DNA from: Octopus bimaculoides
Taxonomy: Eukaryota
Assembly: GCF_001194135.2 (NCBI RefSeq)
Contig: NC_068984.1
Location: 111,525,893-111,589,892 of the forward strand
DNA: 64,000 nt
Reading direction: 5' to 3'
Part shown: positions 49,262 through 61,433 of the stretch, in pieces
Numbering within the stretch: position 1 is the stretch's first letter
How the letters are laid out: each line of letters opens with the position of its first letter
Position numbers and translations under genes: made by a program
Notes under the pieces: model-generated
Seen by the model: the letters and a program-made list of their open reading frames with translations, nothing else
Told to the model about the DNA's origin: nothing
Database searches by the model: none

Positions 49262-49820
49262 ATTGAGTGAGACAGTAGTGCATGCCATCAAAGTGACACT
49301 GGGGTAAAATATTCGAAGCCCATTATCCCCATCATGACGACCCGTCTGATAAGGGTACACCAGGCACCTGCATCACAACCATATGTGAGCGACATGGTGA
49401 TCTCATATCAAGATAAACAGGGCATGACCTCGCAAGTGGGTGCCCACTTAGAATTTTCTTCTGGTCGAGTAGCCCATCCCGCTCAAAAAGGTCCCTGAAT
49501 AAGGTCTGTTTAAGGATGTTGAGCGAAACACCCATGTTTCCAAAGGTGAATTTTTCAAACCCCAAAGAATTCCTCTCCATACATGGCTATTATGCTCCCC
49601 CACTACTTCTGCTCATGATCAGAGATGCACATATCATCAGCCACCAAAAACATGCTCAACTGGTTAAGGTCAAACAACTCACAAGCAAATCTGTGGTATT
49701 GAGCAGAATATTTGCTGTAGCCCATCTTTTATACCAAGACAAAGCAATGTACATGATAACACTTCCAATTAATTAAGATCAGAAGCCATGAGAGTCACTG
49801 CCTGGTACTACATCTGGGCT
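49262..49820 (+). mobile_element. ATT-flanked repeat family, full-length copy
   Basis: Runs from ATTGAGTGAGACAG to CCTGGTACTACATCTGGGCTATTATT. Confidence 0.85.
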
Positions 49821-49821
49821 A

Positions 49822-50590
49822 TTATTATTATTATTCAGTATTTTTATTTTTATGACATGCTTTCACTTCACTACTGAGCGCAGCTCTGTGTGCCTTGAGT
49901 ATGTGCTGTGGTTTGCTGTGATGCTCTTATGTTTACTGTATTGAAAGTGTTTTGCGTGTTTTGTGTGCAGTGCCCAGTAGTGCAATTTTCTGTATGTTAT
50001 ATATATTTGTAAGTCCTGGTGTTTTTGTTATGTATTTGTCTGAATATTTTTTATTATACCTAAGGCACCTACTATGATAGGAATTGTTTCTGTTTTTAGA
50101 TTCCACATTCGAATTACCTCTATTTCCAGGTCTTTGTATTTTGAAAGTTTTTCCATTTCTTTTAGGGAAACGTTGTCATCTGCTGGTATTGATACATCAA
50201 TTAGAAAGCATTTTTTTTATTCATGTTCTCTGACAACTATATTTGGCCTATTGGCCTTAATTTCTCTATCTGTGTGTATTGGTATATCCCAGAGTATGGT
50301 TGCTTTCTTGTTTTCTGTGACCTTTTCTGGCATGTGCTTATACCATCTTTTTTCTGTTATTACATAGTGTTGGCATAACTTCCAGTGTATGTAGGTCCCA
50401 GCTCTGTCGTGTCTGTGAATATATTCCTTCTTAGCCAGGACTGGGCAACCAGAGATAATATGATTTATTGCTTCTTGTCCATTGCCACATTGGTCTTGTG
50501 CAGCAATTAAAAATCCTTCAGTCTCTGCTTTGAGTCCTGAGCTTCTCAACCATTGCTGGGATTTTTCTCTGTCTATTTCTTTTGCAGGTT
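49822..50590 (-). pseudogene. R4/Dong-clade non-LTR retrotransposon 3' fragment (CCHC remnant, RLE endonuclease, 3' UTR, (TAA)n tail)
   Basis: LKAETEGFLIAAQDQ...EAINHIISGCPVLAKKEYIHRHDR...ILWDIPIHTDREIKANRPNIVV; [30 protein letters not shown]; IQKIALLGTAH. Internal deletion in the CCHC finger. Confidence 0.92.
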
Positions 50591-50625
50591 TATTATTATT
50601 ATTAATATTACTATTATTATTATTA

Positions 50626-50662
<37 letters not shown>

Positions 50663-50871
50663 CATTTATGGTTTCTTTTCATTATATCTTTATTTCAGCT
50701 GCCTTAGTACCAGGCATTCTCCAGAGGCCAAGAGTAGCAAGGGCACACATTAATTCCATATTATATTAGATGGAGAGTGCTTTCTGTAGTATATGGGCTG
50801 TTCCCATCAAGGTTATCATTTTGTAGTTCACGGAGAGTGGAGTTACTCGGGAGTTGCTTAATATTTTTCTC

Positions 50872-50907
<36 letters not shown>

Positions 50908-50969
50908 CATTAAGGTGACAAGCTAGCACCTTGATGATTATTATTATTATTGTTGCTGTTGTTGTTAAG

Positions 50970-51080
50970 GTGACAAGTTTGCACATTGGATAGAATGCTT
51001 AGCAGCATTTTGTCCATCTATATTCTGAGTTCAACTGCCACTGAGGTCGGCTTTGTCTTTCATTCTTTCTCAGATGAAAA
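50970..51080 (+). mobile_element. Degraded S1 SINE head
   Basis: GAATGCTTAGCAGCATTTTGTCC...CTGAGTTCAACTGCCACTGAGGTCGGCTTTG. Confidence 0.7.
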
Positions 51081-51975
51081 TGTTAGTCTTTATGCCGATA
51101 ACAGAAAGAATTATTACTATTATTATTATCATCATCATCATCATCATCATCATTATCGCTATTACTATTACCATTATTATTATTACTACTAATATTTTTA
51201 TTACTCTTATTATTATAAATATTATTACTATTATTATTCTTAAATCAAGTGAAAAATGAAAATCCAATAATACAAAAAAAAATGACAACGAAAAAAGTCA
51301 TTTAAAAATCAGAAATAAATATATAAAAATCATTATTATTATTATTGTTTTCGTCAGTCTTTTCTTTTCTATATTCTTTGTATTTTTTTCCCCCTTATTT
51401 TCTTTGTCTTTTTTATTTTTTTGCTTCTTAATCGATCGCTGACAATTCTTCTTTATCTTTGACTGAAGAATAAATGTAGTGCTTTCATATAGAATATAAT
51501 TCTGAAAGTCCTTAACACACACCGATTGCTTCCCGAACAATAGATATCAGAAAGGCAGAGACCAATTGTCTTGTAAAATCATTTCTTTTGTGAAAGCTTT
51601 CCAGCAGTATATGCATGTGAGTATATGTATGTATGTATATATATATATGTGTATGTGTGTATGTATGGGATTATATGTGTAAGAATATGTTTAAAATATG
51701 TCTGCATTTTGTTTTTTTTTTTTTTTGTAAATTTAAAACTTTGTACTGCAGCAGTTAATCATGAGGTTGTTATAACTATTCTTTTTTCTTCTTCTTCGCT
51801 CTTCAACGCCATGACCATAATTCGCCTCTCCCTCCACCTCCTCCTCCTCCTTCTTCATTATCATTCTCATTGTCACCATCATCATTATCCTCATCATCAT
51901 CATCATCAGCCTTTTCTTTTATCATTCTCATTCTCTTCCTCATCTCTTCACCACTGTATTTTTTGCCAACATTAC

Positions 51976-52030
<55 letters not shown>

Positions 52031-52175
52031 TACACACACATATATATACATATATATATATATATGCACACTCACAAGTTTGTGTATATGTATACATATA
52101 TATATATGTGTGTATATATATGCATATATAGGTATATACACACACATATATATGTATATATATATACACACATAT

Positions 52176-52223
<48 letters not shown>

Positions 52224-52919
52224 GTATGTATTTATGTAGGCATATCTATGCATATACCTACGTATATACTCTTTTTGCACCTTTGTTGTTGTTGTTGTTC
52301 TGCATCATCCTCACCTCCTCCTTTTTCTCCTCATGCCTTTCTACTTTTTTCTATGCATACTAAAATATTTCAGATTTTATCCAATCAACCAACCTCTCAG
52401 CAACCAACCCGCACACAGAGACGTCTGTACTGAATTATGGTTTGGTTATTATATGTAAATCGAGAGCAAATAAATATTTATACTTCAACCACACACACAC
52501 ACACATACACCAACAATAAACTCTAAACATAAATATTAAACAACAATAAACAATACTTCAGACTCTTTTCCTATGGACATTCATTCAACCTTAAATACAA
52601 GTGGCACCTGCATTCTGGTAGGTCAAACAAGAAATGAAACCTACTGTGCCTTGCTCAGTCAATGCAGTACACATGATGTAACAAAGCTTAAGTTTATAAT
52701 ATTGTAGTAAGTATATAAACCAGCATGTTAACCTCATAGTCATGCGATGAATCCCTTCTATTAGCCATTGTGTCTGGAGATTGTTTGGTTTTTAGTCAAA
52801 TATAGAAAATAAATAATGATATCATTATGCATGTAAAAAGCAAAACTAAACAAAGTTGATGTGATATTAAAATGTTCGATTACTAGCTAATGAGATAATA
52901 ACTTGAACATTCAGTCAGG

Positions 52920-52950
<31 letters not shown>

Positions 52951-53239
52951 GTTTCATTTCTTGGAAAACTTTCACATAATTAAGTGCAGTGAATCATAGT
53001 GAAACTTCAAGTAATGTTGGACTAAGTTAAAATGTGTGTGAGTATATATTTATACTGGTTGTACTAGCAAAATTGTCCAGGTTTTAGATATGGCTTCAAA
53101 CCTTTGTATCTCTGGAATGCCTAAAGATAACTTAATGGAATTATCAGAGGGTTCTTTAATGCTATTGGGTTGTATTTTGAACAAGAAAAAAATGTGGATT
53201 ACTCTCCATTCTCTGCAGAAGAATCAAGCTGAAGTTGAT

Positions 53240-53700
53240 CATGGGTGCCAATTACTTTTTCGTAAGTAATTAACCATAGCTCAGGATTCGGAGCTTATAA
53301 AGGATTGAAATAAAGTTCACATAGAAGCTTAAAGTTTTATTTCAAAGTGCCAAAGACAATCCTGGCAGAAATTCTAAATTCTAGGCATCAAAAGTTGCTC
53401 CTCTTTTGGCAATGATTTCCTCAACCGTCTTCCTGACTGCACTACAAGCTTTCTTAATGAATTCTTCATCAATGTCCTTCTCCCACATCTGACAGATGGA
53501 GTTTTTGAGAGTTTGCAGGTTATTGTGTGACTTCTCACAAGCTTTTCTAATCAGTTGCTGAAGTCTAAATGTTTCAAATCAGGTGATGAAAGGGGCCAAG
53601 TGTCCTTATCCCAAAACCTGTTCCCAAACTCATCCCTGAAATAGTTTTGAGCCACTGCACTTGTGTGACAAGTATCTTACTAGAATGTAAACTTGCAATT
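53240..53700 (-). pseudogene. Tc1/mariner-superfamily transposase C-terminal remnant with a probable terminal repeat
   Basis: Minus strand: FWDKDTWPLSSPDL; RKACEKSHNNLQTLKNSICQMWEKDIDEEFIKKACSAVRKTVEEIIAKRGATFD. GGGTGCCAATTACTTTTT at about 53243 resembles a TIR. Confidence 0.75.
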
Positions 53701-53751
53701 CTTAGCGATCTTATTGGGGTTTCCTATGTCTGTAGCCTCAGGATATTCAGA

Positions 53752-53987
53752 AAGGCGGCGAGCTGGCAGAATCGTTAGCACGCCGGGCGAAATGCTTATC
53801 GGTATTTCGTCTGCCGTTACGTTCTGAGTTCAAATTCCGCTGAGGTCGACTTTGCCTTTCATCCTTTCGGGTTTGATAAATTAAGTACCAGTTACGCACT
53901 GGGGTCGATGTAATCGACTTAATCCGTTTGTCTGTCCTTGTTTGTCCCCTCTATGTTTAGCCCCTTGTGGGCAATAAAGAAATAAGA
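53752..53987 (+). mobile_element. SINE family S1, near-consensus (CpG-rich, young)
   Basis: AAGGCGGCGAGCTGGCAGAATCGTTAGCACGCCGGGCGAAATGC...GAGTTCAAATTCCGCTGAGGTCGAC. Confidence 0.92.
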
Positions 53988-54104
53988 AAGAATCCAGGTC
54001 TTCAAATCTTTCAAAACCTTACTATAACAAATTCCTGTTAGTTTCACAGCCTTCTCAAACATGATGGATGGCTTCTTACACCCCCCCCCCACACACACAC
54101 ATAA

Positions 54105-54260
54105 TGGGCTTCTTTGCAGTTTCTGTCTGCCAAATCCACTCAAGAGGTTTTGGTTGGCCAGAGGCTATAGTATAAGATACGTACCCAAGGTGCAACACAG
54201 TGGGACTGAAACTGGAACCATGTAGTTGGAAAGTAAACATCTTACCACACAGTCATATAC
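54105..54260 (-). mobile_element. SINE family S2 head
   Basis: Reverse complement of the S2 head. Confidence 0.8.
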
Positions 54261-54527
54261 AGACTGTAAACAAAATCTTTGCTATTTATGCAAATGGTGT
54301 CATTTGCTCAAAGTCCACCATGAAAGTACGTCCAGGCTGTTCATGTTCAGTACAATGGAGTAGTATTACTATCTGCTTGGAAACCAGTGGAAAGGGTAAC
54401 CAGCCATAGAAAAAAAAAAATCTATATCAATGCAAACCTGGAAATGCAGTTATTAAAACTATTATAAGTTTACATTATTTACATTATTTACATTTCACGG
54501 ATATTTGTCCTCATGTTGTTTGTTGTT

Positions 54528-54573
54528 AACATAACGTTTCAGCTGATATACCCTCCAGCCTTCGTCAGGTGTC
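54528..54573 (-). ncRNA. Hammerhead motif, left arm (weakened stems)
   Basis: Minus strand: GACAC-CTGACGA-A-GGCTG(GAGGGTATAT)CAGCT-GAAA-CG-TT-ATGTT. C.A mismatch at the base of stem I. Confidence 0.65.
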
Positions 54574-54733
54574 GTTGGGAAATTTTAAACCTGAGTTCTC
54601 ATTCCTTGGCTACTAACCCCAAGATTCCGAGTTCGATTCACGGCAGCGACCTGATTAATAATAGTAATAATAATAATAATATAATAATAGTAACATCGTT
54701 AGGAATGAGAACCCAGGTTCAAAATTTCCCCAA

Positions 54734-54779
54734 GGCACCTGACGAAGGCTGGAGGGTATATCAGCCGAAACGTTGTGTT
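54734..54779 (+). ncRNA. Type I minimal hammerhead ribozyme, all core nucleotides intact
   Basis: GGCAC-CTGACGA-A-GGCTG(GAGGGTATAT)CAGCC-GAAA-CG-TT-GTGTT. Stem I has 3 Watson-Crick and 2 G.U pairs, stem II 5 bp, stem III is the palindrome ACGT, site GUU after 54774. Confidence 0.8.
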
Positions 54780-55193
54780 AACAACAATAAAGATGAGGAT
54801 AAATATCCGTCAAATGTAAATAATGTAAATAATTCCTCATCTCTTAAATATAGAACTGTATTATAATAAGGATACATATGGCTGAATATGTGTGCAAGTG
54901 TGTATGTGTCTACATATGTGTGTGTGTGTGTGTGACTGTCCATAGAGGTTTATTTCTAGCCAAGTATTACTCTTGTAGTTGTCTCACTCAGAAGAGGACA
55001 TCAGTTGTTCCTCTTCCAGGTACAAAACTAAACTGCATCTCATCAGGGCTAATCCTGTTCCTATTCAATTTTGCAATAATTCTTTGAGTAAATTTTCATG
55101 ACCTGGTTTGACCTTATAACCCCTCTGATGTTTCCTCCCTTTGGTGCCTTTGTAACAGTTTACAATGTTGCTGCTCCACCAGCCATACACACA

Positions 55194-55244
<51 letters not shown>

Positions 55245-55254
55245 ATATATACAG

Positions 55255-56091
55255 AGAATATTTGTTTTTCATCTATAAACTTTTTTAATCTAAAATATAC
55301 TCTCCTTCATTTTCTACAATTCTCTTCCATCTATCTGGTTGACTTGCAAGATCTCTCTTCCAAAACTCACTTTTCCATGATGAAAAGTACTTCTCCAGTA
55401 CCGTTCTGACCTCATGATTTTTCCATTCAAATGATTTTGAAGACTGCAGAATAAATGGTAATCAGATGAAGCAATGTCCAGTGAATATGGTGGATGGGGC
55501 ATTGTTTCCTATTCAAACTGCTCCGGCCTATGGAATGTCATTTTCAGTGAATGTGGCCAAGCATTATCCTCATGGAAGAACACTTTTCGTTTTTAACCAA
55601 AGATTGTCATTTTTCTTCTAGCACAGTTGCTGAATGGCTGAATGACCAAATCCAAGCCTCTCTGCTATTTCCTCAACAGTTATGATGGGATTTTGCTCCA
55701 CTAGGGTTTTCAGGATGTCCTCATCGAGCTCTGTAGATTTTCTAGGATGAGGCTCATCTAGGCTGCAGTTTCTGGCTTGGAATTTCTGGAACCACTGTTG
55801 ACACTGGCTTACACTTATTGTCTGATCCCCATATACTGCCTTAATATTCCTCTCTCTTTTCATTGCATTGTTGCCTTTATTGAACTCATAAAGCAAAATA
55901 TGCCAAATATGCTCCTTTGTCACTTCTATTACAGCTTTGGAAAAATAACTGTTAAAATCAAACTGCACTCTTCAAACTTTGCACTAAGAATACCTGTTTA
56001 TATAGCAAGTTGATGAAGGTAGTTTATCCCCTTCTGACTTTTAGTTCATGCAAGTGAAAAAAACCCACATTATTTATGGGATGATCCAATA
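55255..56091 (-). pseudogene. Internally deleted mariner (SETMAR/Mos1-like) element with one TIR
   Basis: KEHIWHILLYEFNKG...KAVYGDQTISVSQCQQWFQKF...LVEQNPIITVEEIAERLG (HTH) and HPPYSLDIASSDYHLFCSLQNHL (YSPDL motif). TIR TATTGGATCATCCCATAAATAATG ends at 56091; most of the catalytic core is missing. Confidence 0.9.
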
Positions 56092-56093
56092 TG

Positions 56094-56139
<46 letters not shown>

Positions 56140-56225
56140 AGAATTTACGAAAAAACAACAGACGAAGGCAGGTGGTGTAAACAACAAATGGTTGCATTAG
56201 TATAACGCTCGGGAATAGAGAAAGT

Positions 56226-56261
56226 CTTTAATGTTTCAAGCCTACGCTCTTCAACAGAACG
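56226..56261 (-). ncRNA. Variant hammerhead-like motif
   Basis: Minus strand: CGTT-CTGTTGA-A-GAGC(GTAG)GCTT-GAAA-CA-TT-AAAG. A6>U in the core; imperfect stems. Confidence 0.3.
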
Positions 56262-56479
56262 TAACACAGAAAGAAACAAGGAGAGAAAAATATATAAATG
56301 TAGTGGTCAGTGATCTATCATGTCGAATTCTGGACAGAAGGATCACACAGGAGAGCAGACATTATATATAATGATGGACTCTCCCATCGTTAGACAATGT
56401 ATGAGGGTTTGACAATTTCTTACTGAACAACCTCACAGCTTATTTGTTTATAGTGATTAAATGTTTGTGTACACATCAT

Positions 56480-56612
56480 CGAAATGATCACAGAGCAATG
56501 TAAAATGAAGTGCTTTGCTCAAGAACACAATGCAATGCCTGGTTTGGGAATCAAACCAATGATCTCGCAATCATGAGTGTAACACTCTAACTACTAATCC
56601 ATGTGCTTTCAC
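56480..56612 (-). mobile_element. SINE family S4 fragment
   Basis: Minus strand: GTGAAAGCACATGGATTAGTAGTTAGAG...GGTTTGATTCC...TTCTTGAGCAAAGCACTT. Confidence 0.7.
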
Positions 56613-56647
<35 letters not shown>

Positions 56648-57153
56648 ACGCGCATGTGTGTGTGTATGTATGTGTGCATTCACAGATGGGTGAAATAAAG
56701 AAATCTCTTTCAGTAGACGTTTGCAACTGGAAGGACATCTGGCCGTAAAATCCTGCTTCAGACAACTCTTTGTCCTAACCCATGCAAACATTGGAAAATA
56801 GATGTTAAAAGTATGAATAAACAAACGAACAAGACATAGTCCTGAAAAAAAAAAAATATAAGATTGATGGTAGGTTATGATACAAAAGATAGGATTGGTA
56901 AATTATAGATAAACAATCAAACAAGGAAGAGATGAAAAACAAGGTTGAACCTGGAAGGATTTGAACCCCTAACTAGTTACAGTACAGTAAGAACAACAAC
57001 CCTAAGTATTTCAGCCTGTCTTCATCAGCCTTTATAAAACAATAACAAAAAACAAATTTCACCATGCAGATCCTTTTTTTTACATAGTGAGAGAAGTATA
57101 TGTTTTTTTACGGGTGGGACATGTGTGTTTATTTGAGTGTTTGTAAATGAATG

Positions 57154-57212
<59 letters not shown>

Positions 57213-57230
57213 ATATGTATGAGTGTAACC

Positions 57231-57261
<31 letters not shown>

Positions 57262-57347
57262 TTATAATAGAAAATGAAATTTAAACACAATCTTAGTTGC
57301 TAGCGATAAAAACACAACAAAGTAACAACAATAGATGTACAACCTGT

Positions 57348-57379
<32 letters not shown>

Positions 57380-57610
57380 AATAATAATGGTAACTGTTGT
57401 AGCAGTAGCAGTAGTAGTAACAATAATGTTTTGTTATTTTTATATATTATTCTTCATCATTTATTATTTGGCCTATGAAAGTTTACAACCAGATTTTCCT
57501 ATAATGGCTTTGTGTGTATTTGCCATTTTTTTTTTTTTTTTTTTTTGGAGGGGTGATAATTGTGTATATTTCTTTGACGAAGTATCTGTTTGTTACATTA
57601 CATAGACATA

Positions 57611-57657
<47 letters not shown>

Positions 57658-58782
57658 ATATGTATGTATATATATATGTATGTATGTATATGTATGTATG
57701 TATATATATGCATGTATGTATGTATTAACATTTACATTTATCTATGTACATATAAATGCATGTGTATCTATATACATGTGTGGGTGGATGTATACAGGAA
57801 ACATTTACATATGTGTGTGTATATTTATATATATATATATATACACTTATGTTTATACAGATATATGAATATACATNNNNNNNNNNNNNNNNNNNNNNNN
57901 NNNNNNNNNNNNNNNNNNNNNNNNNNNNNNNNNNNNNNNNNNNNNNNNNNNNNNNNNNNNNNNNNNNNNNNNNNNNNNNNNNNNNNNNNNNNNNNNNNNN
58001 NNNNNNNNNNNNNNNNNNNNNNNNNNNNNNNNNNNNNNNNNNNNNNNNNNNNNNNNNNNNNTATGTATGTGTATATAAATAAATATTTATATATATATGT
58101 ATATATATATATGTACATGCACACCTAAACATATGTATATATCATGTATGTATATATGTGTATTTAAATTCTTCTGGGGGAGTTCTTTTTATGTTTAATT
58201 TCAAACATTAAGCTTCGTTGCTTGGCGATATAATGTTGTTTATTTCATTACTGTTGTTGTTGTTGTTTTATGAAGGGGTGTGTGTTACTTAACGTTTTGT
58301 TTAAAATTTCTTTTATTTATATTTGCTTCTTTTTACTGTTTTTCTCTACAATTTTTTTCTTTTTCCAGTCTTCATTTTTTTCGTCATTTTTTTGTTTTTG
58401 TGTTTAGTTTATAGCTAAGATCTCTTTCTCTTAGATGTGGAAAACTGGTAAACATTAACTGTCTACAAATTTTTTTTTCTTTCATTTGAAATACTGCCAC
58501 ATTATCACCCCTTGTGTTATTTTTTTTTATGCGTTTTATTAATTTTTTTTTTACCATTTTTTTAATATTACTTCTTTTGTTTGTTTGGTTACTTGTTTTA
58601 CTTAGTAATGGTAGAACTTTGTCTATGAGAAGAAGAAAGACCACTCTGGGACAAGAGAGATAGATAGAAAGAAAGAGAGAGAGAGAGAGAATGAGGAAGA
58701 GACAGGGGAGACAGAAAAGGGATACATCAGCTTAAAGCCTGATGGACAAAGTGACTGACTTGTTAGTGACAGAGGGCTTAAG

Positions 58783-58830
<48 letters not shown>

Positions 58831-59925
58831 GTGTGTGGGGGGTATACATACACATGTATACACATACACACATATATATGTATATGCATATATATTCTAT
58901 ATGCATGTGTAAGCATACACATTTATCTCTTCTCTCTCTCTCTCTCTCTCACTCCATATATATATATATTCTATAAGCATAGTATATAGATTATATATGT
59001 ATGTCTAAACATGTGGATTATTTTATATATTGTGCATGTATGTGGTGTGCATGGTACAATCAACAAATAATTTGACAAAGGGAAATATAAAAATTTAAAA
59101 AATTAAAGAATTTAAAGAATAGGTAATAACCGTTTCGCTTTCTATAAAAGACTTTCCAACGTAGATTATTGGCAAGTAGACTTGCATGTTCTCAAAAATT
59201 AAAGCTTGATGACGATGATGATGATGACAACGACAGTAATAAGAATAATGAACATCAGAGCATATCTTGCAGGTAAAATAGCCACTGCAATCATCAGTAA
59301 AAACCACAAGAACCATGATATGCTTCTGCGCATAACGCAAGCATATATACACATACGCATAGATACACACATACATGTATACACATAAGCATATACATAC
59401 ATACATATATACATACATACATGTATAATGCATACATACATTAATACATATATACATATATACATGCTATATCAAAGTCCCTTAGAACATCATGTAAAAC
59501 AGATCAAAAAAATGAACAACTAGAAGGGAAAAGTAATATATTTATGTACGTATGTGTGTGTTTGTATATATGTGTGAGCATGTGCACATATACATACATG
59601 CACACACACTCACACACATACACACGCAAATATAGTTATGTGTGTGTGTGTGTGTGTATGAAGAACGGGAACATGAAGGAAATGATAGAATTCAAAAAAG
59701 AGTAACAAAACGGGGAAAGAAATAGGGTTCTTAGTGAAAATGAAATTTGACTTTGTTTCACGTTAACCAATGATAGGAATGAGAAAATTTACGCATACAT
59801 ATGATATACACTTGCACATACACACTTATACATATATACACACACATGCACATATTCCAATTCATGCACATTTATACTTATCTATAGATATACACATATA
59901 CGCTTAACAATCACATATACTCACT

Positions 59926-60037
59926 CATGCTGATGAAGTGAAAATGTGTATAAGATTACGTGAAGGACTTATGAAGTTTTACACATAATATATTGGTGCT
60001 TCACTAAATTTCATGCAAGAACACTGAAACGTTTATT
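59926..60037 (+). ncRNA. Hammerhead-like motif with an insertion of about 80 nt in stem II
   Basis: CATG-CTGATGA-AGTG(59937-40)...CACT(60022-25)-GAAA-CG-TT-TATT. The insert can form its own ATGTGTA/TACACAT helix. Confidence 0.45.
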
Positions 60038-60122
60038 ATTATTATTGTTATGCATATATACAAGCTTGCTTACATATATACATGCTTATATCAGTGTTTA
60101 TGTATAAAATTAAGTAAATATG

Positions 60123-60162
<40 letters not shown>

Positions 60163-60226
60163 TTATAGGAGACAAGCACTTTCACAGATATGTATACACA
60201 TGACAGAAACTTCCACTTACCAAATT

Positions 60227-60261
<35 letters not shown>

Positions 60262-60509
60262 TAGATAGATAGATAGATAGATATATATATTATATATTTA
60301 ATATATATTATATATATGTATATACATACACATACATGCTTATAGGTATATATATATGTGTGTGTGTGTGTGTATATATGTACATACACACACATACACA
60401 CACACACACGCACACACACATATATATGTATATACTCTCATATATATTTATAGTATATAGATATATAAATATGCATGTGTGTGTATATAAATACACACAT
60501 AAATATATA

Positions 60510-60606
<97 letters not shown>

Positions 60607-61100
60607 GCACACACACATAAATATATATATATACATGCATACATTCATACATATATCTGTAGATGCGAGGTCTCATAATAGCTTTAATGTTGACTTGGAC
60701 TCATTCTTCTTTAATGTGAAAGCTCCCGAAACTTAGATACAAAATGGTAAGAGGCAGAGATGTGGTGGACGACAAGAGGCAAAGACTGAGATAAGGTCTG
60801 GGTGAGGGAAATGCAGTGCTTTCATTCAGCATAGCAAAGAAGAAAAACAAAACAAAGCTAAACAGAGAAGGAAACAAATAAGCCCCATGATCTTGTGTAG
60901 GATAAACCAAAACAAAAAGTAATAAAAAATCATCATCATTGGCCCACCCCGAGAGGTGGTTGTAGTAATAGTCATAGCAATAACGGTGGTGGTAATGGTG
61001 GATGGTGGTGGTGATGGTTTTGGTAGAGGAGGTAGGAAGAGATATGACTGACAAGTGATCAAACATTGGAATTTAAGAAATAATACATTTACACACATAC

Positions 61101-61167
<67 letters not shown>

Positions 61168-61402
61168 AATATATATAGATAGATAGACATACACATACTA
61201 TGTGCTGTGTTCGAAATTTACTTTCTTGTCAGTTAAACACACACACATATTTTTATGTGTATGTGTGTGTGTATGCATGTATGTATATATGTATGTATAT
61301 GTATAAAGAATATAATGGACAAAGAGAACTAAACCTGAATATCCTAACATAGATACACAAACAAATTTGCATATATATATGTATATAAATATACACACAT
61401 TG

Positions 61403-61433
<31 letters not shown>

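Larger units (their letters stand above)
54474..54833. mobile_element. Fold-back of two PLE-pLTR-like arms of about 133 bp, each with an outward-facing HHR
   Basis: 54474-54606 pairs with 54701-54833. The spacer holds a tRNA-like B box and (AAT)n. Confidence 0.9.

Noticed and set aside
53219-53261. 43-bp exon candidate with strong splice sites
   Set aside because: It overlaps the probable terminal repeat of the Tc1/mariner remnant and has no independent support.
56945-57035. tRNA gene, or an HHR at CTGATGA (minus, about 57024)
   Set aside because: A T-loop-like GGTTCAAATCC is present but there is no coherent acceptor or D arm. The HHR reading lacks stem I pairing. Probably a decayed SINE head.
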